Source: Octopus sinensis
Lineage: Eukaryota
DNA length: 64,000 nt
NCBI RefSeq assembly: GCF_006345805.1
Contig: NW_021833281.1
Coordinates: 1 to 64,000, forward strand
Direction of reading: 5' to 3'
Shown here piece after piece: positions 1 to 12,105 of the stretch; within the stretch, counting starts at the first letter, position 1, and each line of letters starts with the position of its first letter. The notes under the pieces were generated by a model that was not told the origin of the DNA, searched no databases, and saw nothing but the letters and a program-made list of their open reading frames with translations. The position numbers and the translations under genes are program-made.

Positions 1-29
1 GGTTAACCCCGACTCAACCCAGGACTACA

Positions 30-88
<59 letters not shown>

Positions 89-115
89 GGTCCTGGTTTT
101 GAGTCGGGGTTAACC
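1..115. repeat. Inverted repeat (~30-bp arms) around a (TA)n spacer
   Basis: GGTTAACCCCGACTCAACCCAGGACTAC at 1 is mirrored by GTAGGTCCTGGTTTTGAGTCGGGGTTAACC ending at 115. The left arm may be cut by the window edge. Confidence 0.9.
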
Positions 116-659
116 AATAAAATATCTATATATATATAGTTAATCCAAACAGAAAACACAGAGAAAAAACACCACCAACGCGAGGACGTGGAAAAAACAC
201 AGCAGCACAGCCTCTTGATATGTATTATGTATAGATGTATATGTATATCTGGATCTCTGAATCTATTTACCTAAACACACACAGAGACATGCACATACAT
301 TCATACATTCATAACATACATACATACATACATACATACATTATACATGTTATATATATATATATACTATATATATATATATATATATCACATATATATA
401 TACATACATACATACATATACACATATTTACATATATATATAGATACATATGCATATGCATGGTGCGTTTACGTAAGGCATGTATGGATTATCTTTGCAA
501 AAATACCTCTAATACCTCTTGAAACATATGACATCGGCACTGAAGTGTTACACAACTATAAAATACACAATCTGGGAGAGGCTTCGTTTCATTTATAGAA
601 TCTCACATTATACCAGAAACAGCCCTGAGGAAGTTCTCGTTGATCTGCTAAAAAATAAT

Positions 660-2120
660 GGCAAAAATCAGAGTTAGCTCGATCAGATTGGCCGGTAGGT
701 TGCACAGAACGCACTCGTACTTACGAATCAGGAGACAAATGCGGAAAATTAGCTACAATCCCATTGCATGCTTAATAAGTGTTATATATAAACTGTAAAG
801 TGTTCATAGGTTGTTTTAATGTCCCTGCAAGATCTTTGGAGAAAATACGAAGGTCTGTTGCTGTGCAAAACAGCTGTTCATCAACAATGCTGTTTTTACA
901 AAGAAGCAATGCAGCATCACCGAAGTCTGCCGACATTATGGCTGGGGTGTATGGCTAGACTAGGTGTTTGACTCTCACTCATGAATACAAGTGTCGAAGC
1001 GCCTTACTATCAATTGTCCATCCCTAATAATCGGTGCCCTAAAGTGAATGACTATAACACGAAGCACACAACTATTACTAAGAACTAAATCAGCTGCTAT
1101 AGAATTGGGTTAACGGCGGAAATATTCTAGAATCACAGCTTGTGTGTGATGCTGTTGTCCTGGCTGCAAACCTCGTCAGCCCTATTGAGGAAATGCAGAG
1201 TCTACATGTTAGTGTCTGCAGAAACAAAGAGAAATGCCACTCACGTACCTTTTGTTTCAAACATGAAACCGTATACAAGTAATATTTATGACACCAAGAG
1301 ATAGAGTTGGTTCGACCCACTCATGGGAAATAGGAATGAAGTTTGATCTGGGTAAACGGTCATATTTTGTAGTTAACTGATAGAAGATTATTGACTAGAT
1401 TAGGAACATAGCCATGAATGATCTGTTCACGTCAGCTATCTCCAATGAAAAGTGCTACTAGTATCTCGGAATTGATGTAAATATTGTATCCGTTGGTACT
1501 ATGAAGAAAGTTATGAAAGAACAATACTTCAGCAGACTTCAGAAGTCACAATATATAGTTTACTTGAAGAGTTCCGCAACATGAACTTCAAGATTAAATT
1601 AAGAAGATATTGACTATTACTGGTAAATTCTTTTCAAAAAGAAATCTGTGTTAGACGGAGAAACGTTAGCAGAGGCATAAGATCTATCCAAACAGGCACT
1701 GAGTACCTCATAGAATCATTCATACACCATCATATGAACAAATAATACTCATGTAATTTACGTACTCAACAGTGAAAACAATTACATCATGAGAATAAAA
1801 GAACCACTGAATAAATACTCTAAGTAGTCAGCTGTTCCGTGTGACTCCTGATAAACCGGCACTCATCATATTAGCAGAAAGTTATACAGCGACACACGTC
1901 CTGTACCTAAATGTTCAGTAACAACATTGATGGGAAGTATAGCGTTTTCGGGAATTTGATACATGTAGCACGTCCCACGAAGGAGGATATGCTTTTAGCT
2001 ACGATCTAATTGGTAAAAAGGGATAAGCGTATTTGTACCATAACAGTTGAGAAGATATCACATCCATCAATAACAAAGGTCCAAAATAAATCTGCAAAGT
2101 ACCACCTTATTCTAAGAGAT
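660..2120 (+). mobile_element. Heavily decayed R4/Dong-like (RLE) LINE reverse transcriptase
   Basis: Frameshifted traces of NYRPIACL (~750-790), WxDYxKAFDSxPH (~945-995) and DDxKLY...GMKFxLxKC (~1255-1350), collinear with the better-preserved copy at 9710-11920. Confidence 0.6.
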
Positions 2121-2124
2121 GACA

Positions 2125-2762
2125 TCTATATATATAAAACTCAACTTGTGTGTCTGTGTGTGTATCTGTGTGTGTGTCAGTGTGTTTAATTTCTCGGCAC
2201 ATCTAGCCAACAAATCGCAGAACCACCAAAACTGGGTCACTTAAAGTTTAGGCAAATGAAAATTGAACTGCGCTATTTCTGTTCCGAAATTCATCTCGCA
2301 AGTGCAAAAATCGATAATGTGTTTGTTTAGCCCTTATCCCATGCATTGAATAGTGAACTTTACTCAGTCAGCTGTTTGACGTGAACTGTGTTCACCATGC
2401 GTGCAAGCATGCGTAAATTGCATGAAAAATAAAAAAATCAAGATATAAAAACGAATCGCCGTAAACATTGCAGAAATTCGGCAAAGAAATGAATTTTCGG
2501 GATGTAGCCTGGGGTTTTTTTTCGCATTAATTGTTTGGACTTTGTGAACACATACCAATTGTTTTCATAACATTTTTAACGCTTTGAATTAAATGTGACC
2601 ATTTTGCGTTGAGTCTGCAGTTTGAATCACTTTAATCAAATTGTAGCAGGCCGGATTTTTGATCATCACGATACATCGCCAGCGACTCCCTGAAACTCTC
2701 CCCTGAAATCCCCGTTGAGAAATCTATATATATAAAACTCAAATTGTGTGTCTGTGTGTGTA

Positions 2763-2811
<49 letters not shown>

Positions 2812-3255
2812 AACTTTTGGATCTACCAAGTTTCATTATTAAGGATGGAAAGTCGTGTATGGCAAATCTCTATATATAAAGCTGAAGTTGTCTGTGTGTG
2901 GCAGGTTTGGTAGCCTTCAACTAACACTATCTCCTTCGAGACCCTGCACCGCAAGTTGACCAAAATTGAGAGTATTATAGAAGAAGGCTTGCTCTTTATT
3001 CTGCAGCAGATAAAATTCAAATCGAACCATGTTAACACCAAAAATTATTTACATCAAAAAGGTGCTTTTTTTCTATGAAAATCCCTATTTTTTACGATTT
3101 TTGACTGCTGTGTCACCATTTTTCAGTGTATTTCAACTGGAAAAATGTTCACTTGAAGAGAATAACAAGTTGCATAATGCAAAACTTTTACTTTTCAAAA
3201 ATTCCAATTCTAAAGGGTCGAAACAAACCCAAGTAACACCGGGTGATACTGCTAG
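2125..3255 (+). mobile_element. Non-autonomous Helitron-type composite: three 5' ends, one 3' end
   Basis: A|TC(T/C)ATATATAAA starts at 2125, 2723 and 2867, each followed by TG-rich sequence. One 3' end: imperfect hairpin CCCAAGTAACACCGGG then CTAG|T at 3252-3256, fitting the Helitron TC...CTAG termini and A|T insertion site. Confidence 0.7.
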
Positions 3256-5040
3256 TAATTGATAAAAAAATTCAATGGTATACTAAGAATCAGAATATAT
3301 CCACTCCTTTAAAAATAATATTACTATGAAGCATTTCTACAAAAACAGTAAATACGGTGCAAGCATAACAGACGTAATATTATTCTGTGGGTCTCGGAAC
3401 AAATATGCATTTTTGTAGAGAGCAGCTGCCAGTAGATATGAGTATTTTGTCTAAATTTGTGAGAAAATATAACATTTGTGCCGAACAAATACCGAAATTA
3501 CATCTGCTGTATTCTGGCTGTAGATTCTCATTAGTACAATAATGGTAGGTGTACTAGACTATGTTACAACAGATTTACATAAAAGCTTGCAAATGCACTG
3601 TGGTTTTTCCAAGGAAGAACAACGAAATTGACTCGTATCCAAAGATACTCCATTTGAGTTTCCTGGAATGAATACTATACACGCAAATACACAAAGGTTA
3701 GTTACATACATTCGTCTACTAAACAAACATGAGTGCAAAGCCTCCACATATATATGCACATATTAATGCTCATATATATCTCATAACCACTGAAACTGTT
3801 TTCTCTCAAACGAAGAAACGTCGCCACTTTTCAATGAAGAAATTAAATCTCAAAAGAAAAAAAAATTCATAAACGCATTCACACATACTTGCATATTTTT
3901 GCTTACAAACACAAATACACGGTTACATATATAAACACAAATATATATAAGTGCATGTGCGCTCACACACAACATTAGAATTAAATATCTCTTCAGTAAA
4001 CCGTTATGATACAAGATGGTGGACATTTTCGACACCATATTTGATTGAAATATAATGTCTATTACTTTACTCTACGTTAATATAATTCTTTAATGTATGA
4101 CTTACTTGCTGTAATCGGTAGCGAGATCGCCCAGCAATTATTGAATGCAAGAAATCAATATAATTACTTCACCGTTTTGGACTTTTTGTTACTTATAAGC
4201 TATAAAGGTTAAATTTAGTTTCTATTTATGAAATATCCTGTGTTATAACATTACTGTAAGTGGTCAATAAAACGTCCGTTCTCTATATATCACATATTAT
4301 ATACGACTGTCTAAATAATTTGTCGGAAGCTTACGAGATTCGCTTTGCAATTATAGCAAGCTGGTTCAATCCCACTGCTCGACATCTTGGGGAAAGTGTC
4401 TTCTACGAAGTCTCTTATAGTTGACATTAAGGAGACAATAACTGCCAGAAGTTTTGTTTCGAAATTATGACTAACCGTTTCAATCACACTGGTTGATACC
4501 TTACGCAAGTCGTGACGTTGGATGGACGGAAATAACGGGAAGTTTATCGGATGGACTGTGGTTGTAATTAATAGTTATATAAACACAGATCGAGTATTTC
4601 GTTGTATTCGTCGCCGTCTTCGTCCCCGCCGCTGATGTTGAGGCCACTACCGTTGATGGCGCTGTTACCGTTGCAGTCTTCGTCCTTGTGGAACGTCAGG
4701 GCAGCTTTAATCGGAAAGGCCTATGGTTTACCAGTTATCCGATTGTGCCAATGAATGAACGAGACCACCGGATGTGTTAATCCGGAGATATTCTGTTTCT
4801 ACTTAACAGAGTCCCAAACTGCCCGCTCCCAAAATTCAACGATGAGCAGTCTGGAGTGTGATATATGATAGTCAGGGCAATTGCCAAATATAATATTAAA
4901 CGCAAAAATGAGCACGTTGGTCCGTTGTAGTAATTGTCATCGTTGAAACCGACATGAGATGAATTTAGTTTCTCAAATATAAACGGCGTTGTAGAGGTTT
5001 TGTGGTGCCTCTTTAGACCATTTTTATTTTAGCGTGCAGT

Positions 5041-5391
5041 CTAACCTTAACCTTATACCTAGCCCTAACCCTAATCCTGCTTCTAAATCCTAAATTTAAA
5101 ACCCTAATCTTGACGTTAAGGCTTATTCCTAACCATAACCCTAACCGTAAAGCCTAAACTAACCCTAAATCCTACCTCTAAACCCTAACCTATCCTTAAA
5201 TGCTAACTTAACCCTAAACCTAAAACCTAATCCTAAAGCCGAACCCTAATCCTAAATTTAATTCTTATCCTAACTCCCAAATCCTAATCCTTAATCCTTA
5301 ACCCTAACCTTAAATCATAACCGAAATCTGATCCTAGACCTAAGCCTAAATTCTAACTTAACCCTAACATGAAACACTGATCTTACCCTAA
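5041..5391 (+). repeat. Degenerate telomere-like (CCCTAA)n tract
   Basis: About ten exact CCCTAA hexamers among CCTAA/CTTAA variants over ~350 bp. Confidence 0.75.
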
Positions 5392-5997
5392 TTCAGATCA
5401 GGTCATTTCACGCCAAAGAAGCATCGATTCAGCTTCAGACAATTAAACTCTTTCGTCACTTACGTTGTTTATACGTTGTCTGGTTTCCCTTGCAATTTGC
5501 AAAAGTCTTCTAGCAGTCTGTTGTAGATTCTGTTATATTAAGCGATATTGATGAGAAAGTTAAATGTTAGGTATATAAAATTGCATTTACATCTTCTTTC
5601 TACTGAATATTTGACACCAGGCGCTCTATCATATTCAATTGAAGACCATCTAGCGGGAATAGATATTACAAAAAACGCGTTTTGATGCTCAAGCTGAAAG
5701 GATTGCTATGAACGTGGTTTTTGTTTTTTGTAAGCAGGCATCAAAAGTAGTGCATTGTCCCTATTAGCGATAATACAATTAGGCAATATCTCAGCTAAGC
5801 AGCAGTAGCAACGGCAGCATCACCAACATCATCAGCAGCATTGGCATCAGCAGCATCAGCTACAAAACGACAACAAGGCCTGAGAATCGAGGGTAGGAGT
5901 TTTAATACCGTTAATCCTAGTACGTGACTGGTACCTTGTTTTATCAACCGCGAAGAGATGAAAAGCAAGGCTGAGTTGGCAAGATAAACTTTCACAC

Positions 5998-6044
<47 letters not shown>

Positions 6045-6922
6045 ACACACACACACACAACAACAACAACAACAACAACAACAAAAACATACACACATCT
6101 GAGCACAGACACATAAACTCACATACACGCATACATATACATGTACGTGTGGAGGTACAAATCAAACAGTCAATTAGACTGAGATACTGACAGACATATG
6201 GGAAACTAAGCTAATATATATATATATATATATACAAACAGATAAATAGAAAAATAAATTTAGCGATAGGTAGAAAGATAGTTAAGTTGATAAAGAGGTA
6301 GAGCACAGCATAAATATGTCGGTAGATAAGTATGTAAACGAGCAGATAGAGACAGAAACACAAAGAATCACAAAAAATATATACACACACATACACAAAC
6401 ACATATATACAAACAAACACACACACAGCCACACTAATGTAGATGTAAATTTGGAAAACTTTCATTTGTCAGTTATTTTATATACATACATATATACATA
6501 AATACATACATATATACATACATCCATTTATATATATATATATACACACACAGTGATGTCTTGGCTCAATTTTCTTTGAAAACTTCTAACTCAAGTATTT
6601 ATTTGATAAATTCTTAATAATTCCACCATCTTTTCTTCACGATATTATCTAGGAAAAATAATGGGAGAAATAAACACATAAGGAGATAGAACAGAAAGAT
6701 TAAAAACAATGGTGCTAAAACTGAGAGAAGTAGTAAAAAACGGACATATATACTCACCAATAAAATGTAGACAGATTAACCGATATCTACGTATATATAT
6801 ATATATATATACATATTTATATATGTACACACACTCGTATACACACACATATCATACTTAACACAGACTGCTAATTTGAAAAATACTGCTTCTGTCGAAC
6901 ACATACACACATGTACACACAT

Positions 6923-6954
<32 letters not shown>

Positions 6955-7000
6955 CACACACACACACACACACACGCATATATATATAAATGATAGGTAA

Positions 7001-7945
7001 GAATGTTTTAAACAGAGACGTATTGTAGATTCAGACAATGAGTGCATTAATCTAATATCACAGATAAATAGAAGGAGAATCCGATTAGTCTTTCGTATTA
7101 GTTTATCCTGGATAGATAGATAAAAGTCCGTGGATGTCATACATGAAGCTCACAAAGAAGAGAATGCAGAACGCGGAAAATCTTTTACGGTTATTTCTAG
7201 GATATGGTGTCCAATGAGTACAGTAATGTGCATTGTGTTCTATATATACATGAAATAAATTGGTATTGGCGAATGAAAAATTCCAATTTCCCACCTGAAC
7301 ATAAATATCACTCGATATATAATTCTACTATAAACTATCTTATTCTACTACACTTACCATAGAATCTATTATACAACATGACCGCATTCAAAAGATGTAA
7401 ACTCAGCTTACATAATGTTAACTGTAACAGGGTAATAGAGTTGCTTTTCTGTTAGACATAACCGTAACAGGGTAGTAGAATTATTATTCGGTAGGGCTTT
7501 ACCAGCCATACTGACAGACATATGAATGCGTTAAACAGAGGCGTATTGGAGATTCACACAATGAGTACATTAATCCAATATCACAGACGAATAGAAGGAG
7601 GATCCGATTAGTCTTTCGTATTAGTTTATCCTGGATAGATAGATAATAGTCCGTGGATGTCATACATGAAGCTCACAAAGAAGAGAATGCAGAATGCAGA
7701 AAATGTTTCACGGTTGTTTCTAGGGTATAATAGATCCTATAGTGGGTGTAGTAGAATAGGAGAGTTTTATAGTAGAATTATATATCAAGTGATATTTATG
7801 TTCAGGTGGGAAGCTGGAATTTTTCATTCACCAATACCAATTTATTTAATTTATATTTACAACACAATGCACATTATTGTACTCATATGGTAGTAGAATT
7901 ACTATTCTGTGGGGCTTTACCAGCCATACTGATAGACATATGAAT
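7001..7945. repeat. Local duplication with an internal inversion (A-B-C / A'-B'inv-C')
   Basis: 7001-7203 matches 7524-7724 (direct); 7211-7374 matches the reverse complement of 7725-7890; 7471-7527 matches 7889-7945 (direct). Confidence 0.85.
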
Positions 7946-8278
7946 ACCAGTAAACCTGATATTATCAAAAATATCGACAAAATGTCTGCTGTGTGATAGA
8001 TATGACAGTATCAGCTGATCAAAATATGTGAGTCAAATAAGTAAAAACCAAGACCTAGAGAGGAATGGATAGAATGTGGAAACTGAAAACAGTTAATCTA
8101 GTGGTAGTAGCAGTAGGAGCATTAGGCATAGATAAAAAAAGGGCCCTCAATCTTAATTGATAAAATACCTGTAAAATCAAATATGCCGAAATAATTGCAC
8201 TAACCTCACCAACCCATTTATTTCTTGAGAAAATTCCTATTGCAGCGAAACTGCCACGAAATGAAGCTCAAATATAAA

Positions 8279-8339
<61 letters not shown>

Positions 8340-8341
<2 letters not shown>

Positions 8342-9400
8342 GAAGAAGAAGAAGAAGAGAAGAAGAAGCAACAAAAGTTGTAAAACAACTGAAATCTAAA
8401 TTAAACGGGAACGACAACGGATCATGATAAATCGGTGTCAAGAAAAGCCCCTTCATGGCAAATTCTGAACTAAACTAAACAAAACAGACATAGACAAAGC
8501 AAAATTTCAACAATGGCTGAGAAGCTCAGGACTCAAAGTGGAGATTGAACGATTTTTTAATTGCAAACAAGATCAAAGTCTCCCTACCAGAAATTACTAA
8601 AAGCATGTAATGAAAAGAAACATGACAAGTAACTGCAGAATATGTGGAGATGGACAAGAAACAATAAATCATATTGTCTCTGGCTTCCAGGTCCTGGCTA
8701 AGAAGGAATATATTCATGGACACGACAGAGTTGGGATCTATATACACTGGAATCTATGCCAACACTATCATCATCATCATTGTTCGACCGTGGTCAAGAC
8801 AATGGAATTTACCATGCTACACCAGACTTCACGGTCCATTATGGCATTACGGAGGTCCTGTTGCTGGATGCCTGTATCCCTGGAACAGCAGGAAAAGATG
8901 GCATAGTCACACGCCAGAAAGGTCACAGAAAATGAAAACGAAACCATATTCTGGATTATGCCAATACACATAGATAGAGAAATGAAGGCCAATAGGATGG
9001 ATATAGTTGCAGAGATCATCAAGGAAAAAAATGTTTTTTAATCGATGTATCAATACCAATAGATGACAATGTTTCTCTAAAAGAAACGAAGAAACTTTCA
9101 AAATACAAAGATTTGGAAACAGGTAACTTGAATGTGGAATCTAAAAACAGAATCAATTCCTATCATAGTGGGCGCATTAGGTATGATAAAAAAATATTCA
9201 GACAAATAAATAACAAAAACACCAGGACTAGCAAATATATATAACAGGCGAAAAAATATAGCACTATTTAGCATCACACACATCCTACGTTAAACACTTT
9301 CAATACAGTAAAGAATGAGAGCATCACAACAAACCAGAGCAAACAGAACTCCGCTCGGTAAAGCAGTGAAAGCACGTGATAAAATAAAACTACTGAATAA
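8340..9400 (+). mobile_element. 5'-truncated, internally deleted R4/Dong-like LINE 3' end (zinc knuckle + RLE + 3'UTR)
   Basis: CRICGDGQETINHIVSG (CCHC knuckle) and HDRVG; KANR-D-I...ID RLE motif across frameshifts; flanked by (TAA)n on both sides. Confidence 0.85.
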
Positions 9401-9414
9401 GAATAATAATGATA

Positions 9415-9455
<41 letters not shown>

Positions 9456-9639
9456 AATAGCAATAATAATAATAATAATATTAATAATTTTTTTTCGTTT
9501 TTTTTTCGGTTTTTTTTTCGGACATTCACTAGTATAACACCAAAAAAACCCCAAATATATGGCACACTAGGCATAATAACAACATGAACTTCCAACCTTG
9601 GAGCCAACTTGTACAAATATAAAGCAAAAGTCAAACATA

Positions 9640-9709
<70 letters not shown>

Positions 9710-11920
9710 GGTTGCGATCAATGAAGAGAGTAAATATGATACCAATAGTAAGTATCAGCACTCAACTACCAACATAGCTGTAAATGATTGGTGCAAGTGT
9801 AAAGGTAGAGCTTGTATAAAAATCAGAATTGTTTAGAACTGCAGACACTGCCGGAACTGCAGACTAAGCAGCCGGAAGGCACCTGGGCACGACAAGATCA
9901 CCAACTTCTGATTAAAGTATCTGACAGGAACACACAAAAAGCTGGCTGAAAACTTTAACATTATATTAGCAGATCCAAGGACAATACCTAAATGACTCAC
10001 GAAAGGGAAAACTATCCTAATTCTCAAATCCACTGAAACGGCAAACCCACAAAACTACAGACCAATAAGCTATCTCCCTACAATTTACAAAGCCTTTACT
10101 GCAATAATATCGCAGAGATTGAGCAAGCATCTGGAAGAAAACAACCTGTTTCCAGAAAAGCAGAAGGGATGCTGGAAGGGCTCACACGGCTGTAAAGATC
10201 AGCTAATGATCAATAAAGCCATAACTGAAGACAGCCGCAGAATGAAGAAAGGCCTAAGTATGGCCTGGACCGACTACCGAAAGGCTTTTGATAGCATCCC
10301 CCACACATACGATCCTAGAAACACTAGCCATAAACAAGTTAGCACCCATAATCATAAAATACATAAGACACTCTATGAAAAAATGGCAGACAGTGCCACA
10401 TCTCCAAACAAAAGAAGGACTCATAAAAACCAAATCCATCCCCATTAGAAGAGGAATATTCCAGGAAGACACACTCTCTCCACTCCTTTTCTGCTTGGCA
10501 CTGTCACCTTTATCTGACATGCTAAACAAAACTGGATGCGGATACAAATGTTACGGCAAAACAAACAGTCACCTCTTATATATGGATGACATAAAAATAT
10601 ACGCTACAAATGATAAACAGCTGGAAACACTACTACAGACAGTACATGGATTTATCAAAGAAATAAATATGAAATGAAATTTGGCTTAGAAAAATGTGCT
10701 AAAGCAACCTTGAAAAGAGGAAAACTAGTTAAGAGTAGCAACATTACACTAGACAAAGCCAATGAAATAAGAGAATTAGACCAAAGCCAGACATAATAAA
10801 TATTTAGGAATCAATGCAATAGATACGATACAACACACACAAATGAAAGATAAAATAAAGAACGAATATTATAGACGAGTTAGATCAATACTGAAAACAG
10901 CGCTCAATGCTAAAAACAAGATAATAGGTATCAACACTAGCCGTCCCAGTTATAAGCTACAGCTACAATATCCTTAACTGGACACTAAATGAACTAACCA
11001 AAATAGACAGGAAAACAAGAAAAGTAATGATAGGATCTAGGATGCACCACCCCAAATCTGACATAGAAAGGCTATATATACACAACGTATAAAAGGTTAC
11101 CACCTGGAAAACTATCATAAAATAACCACCATAGGACTGCAAAAATACCTACTTCAGAAGCAAGGAAAACTAATACAAATAGCCACAAAACATGAGCAAA
11201 ACAAAAAACTGTTCTCAGTATTTAAGGGAGCTGACAAATACAAACAAAAAGTCATATTACTTAACAAATATGAAGAAACAGAAACAACAAAAGCTATAAA
11301 AGAAATGAAATCCAAACTAGAACTAGAACAGCAACAGACCTTGATAAAACGATGACAAGAAAATCCCCTTCATGGCAAATACTGGGCTAAACTAAACGCA
11401 AAAAAAAAAAAATAGACAGAGAAAAATCCCAGCAATGGTTGAGAAGCTCAGGACTCAAAGCAGAGACAGGGGGATTTTTAATTGCAGCACCAAAGCCTCC
11501 CCACCAGAAATTACCAAAAATATATAATAAAAAGAAACATAACAAGTAACTGCAGAATATGTGGAGATGGACAAGAGACAATAAACCATATTATCTCTGG
11601 CTGCCCAGCAGTCCTGGCTAAGAAGGAATATATTCACAGTCACGACAGAGTTGGGACTTACATACACTGGAAGCTACGCCAACACTATGGAATAACAACA
11701 GAAAAAAGATGGTATAAGCACACGCCAGAAAAGGTCACAGAAAACGAGAAAGCAACCATACTATGGGATATGATCTAACAATTTCTCGCAGATAGAGAAA
11801 TTAAAAGGCCAATAGGCCGGATATAGTTTTCAGAGATCATGAAGAAAAAAATGCTTTCAAATTGATGTATCACTACCAAAAGATGGCAACGTTTCTCTAA
11901 AAGAAATGGAGAAACTTCTG
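9710..11920 (+). mobile_element. R4/Dong-like LINE, RT through RLE, with stops and frameshifts
   Basis: QKGC...GCKDQL, AWTDYRKAFDSIPH, GIFQEDTLSPLLF, HLLYMDDIK, CRICG...HIISGC, HSHDRVG. Starts directly after (AAT)n at 9650-9708. Confidence 0.9.
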
Positions 11921-12105
11921 GCATGTGGCACATGGTGCACCTGTACAGGTAATTTCAATTTGATGGAGGGAATGAGGTTATGTGTACGCAAACATTTGAT
12001 AACTATAAACAAATTATCTGTGCCGTTGTTCAGCAAGAAATTGCCGAACCCTCATACGTCGTCTAACGATGGGAGAGTCCATCATATATATATATATATA
12101 TATAT

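Noticed and set aside
1090-1240. Strong-looking minus-strand splice acceptor (tttctctttgtttctgcag) at 1216
   Set aside because: It lies within the antisense of a decayed LINE RT, and the phase-1 and phase-2 frames stop within a few codons.
4106-4199. Minus-strand segment with a perfect GTAAGT donor
   Set aside because: All three frames contain stops from the nearest plausible acceptor.
4560-4700. GC-richer stretch translating to a D/N/G-rich peptide on the minus strand
   Set aside because: It looks like a decayed trinucleotide (GAC/AAC/AGC) repeat; no splice or homology support.
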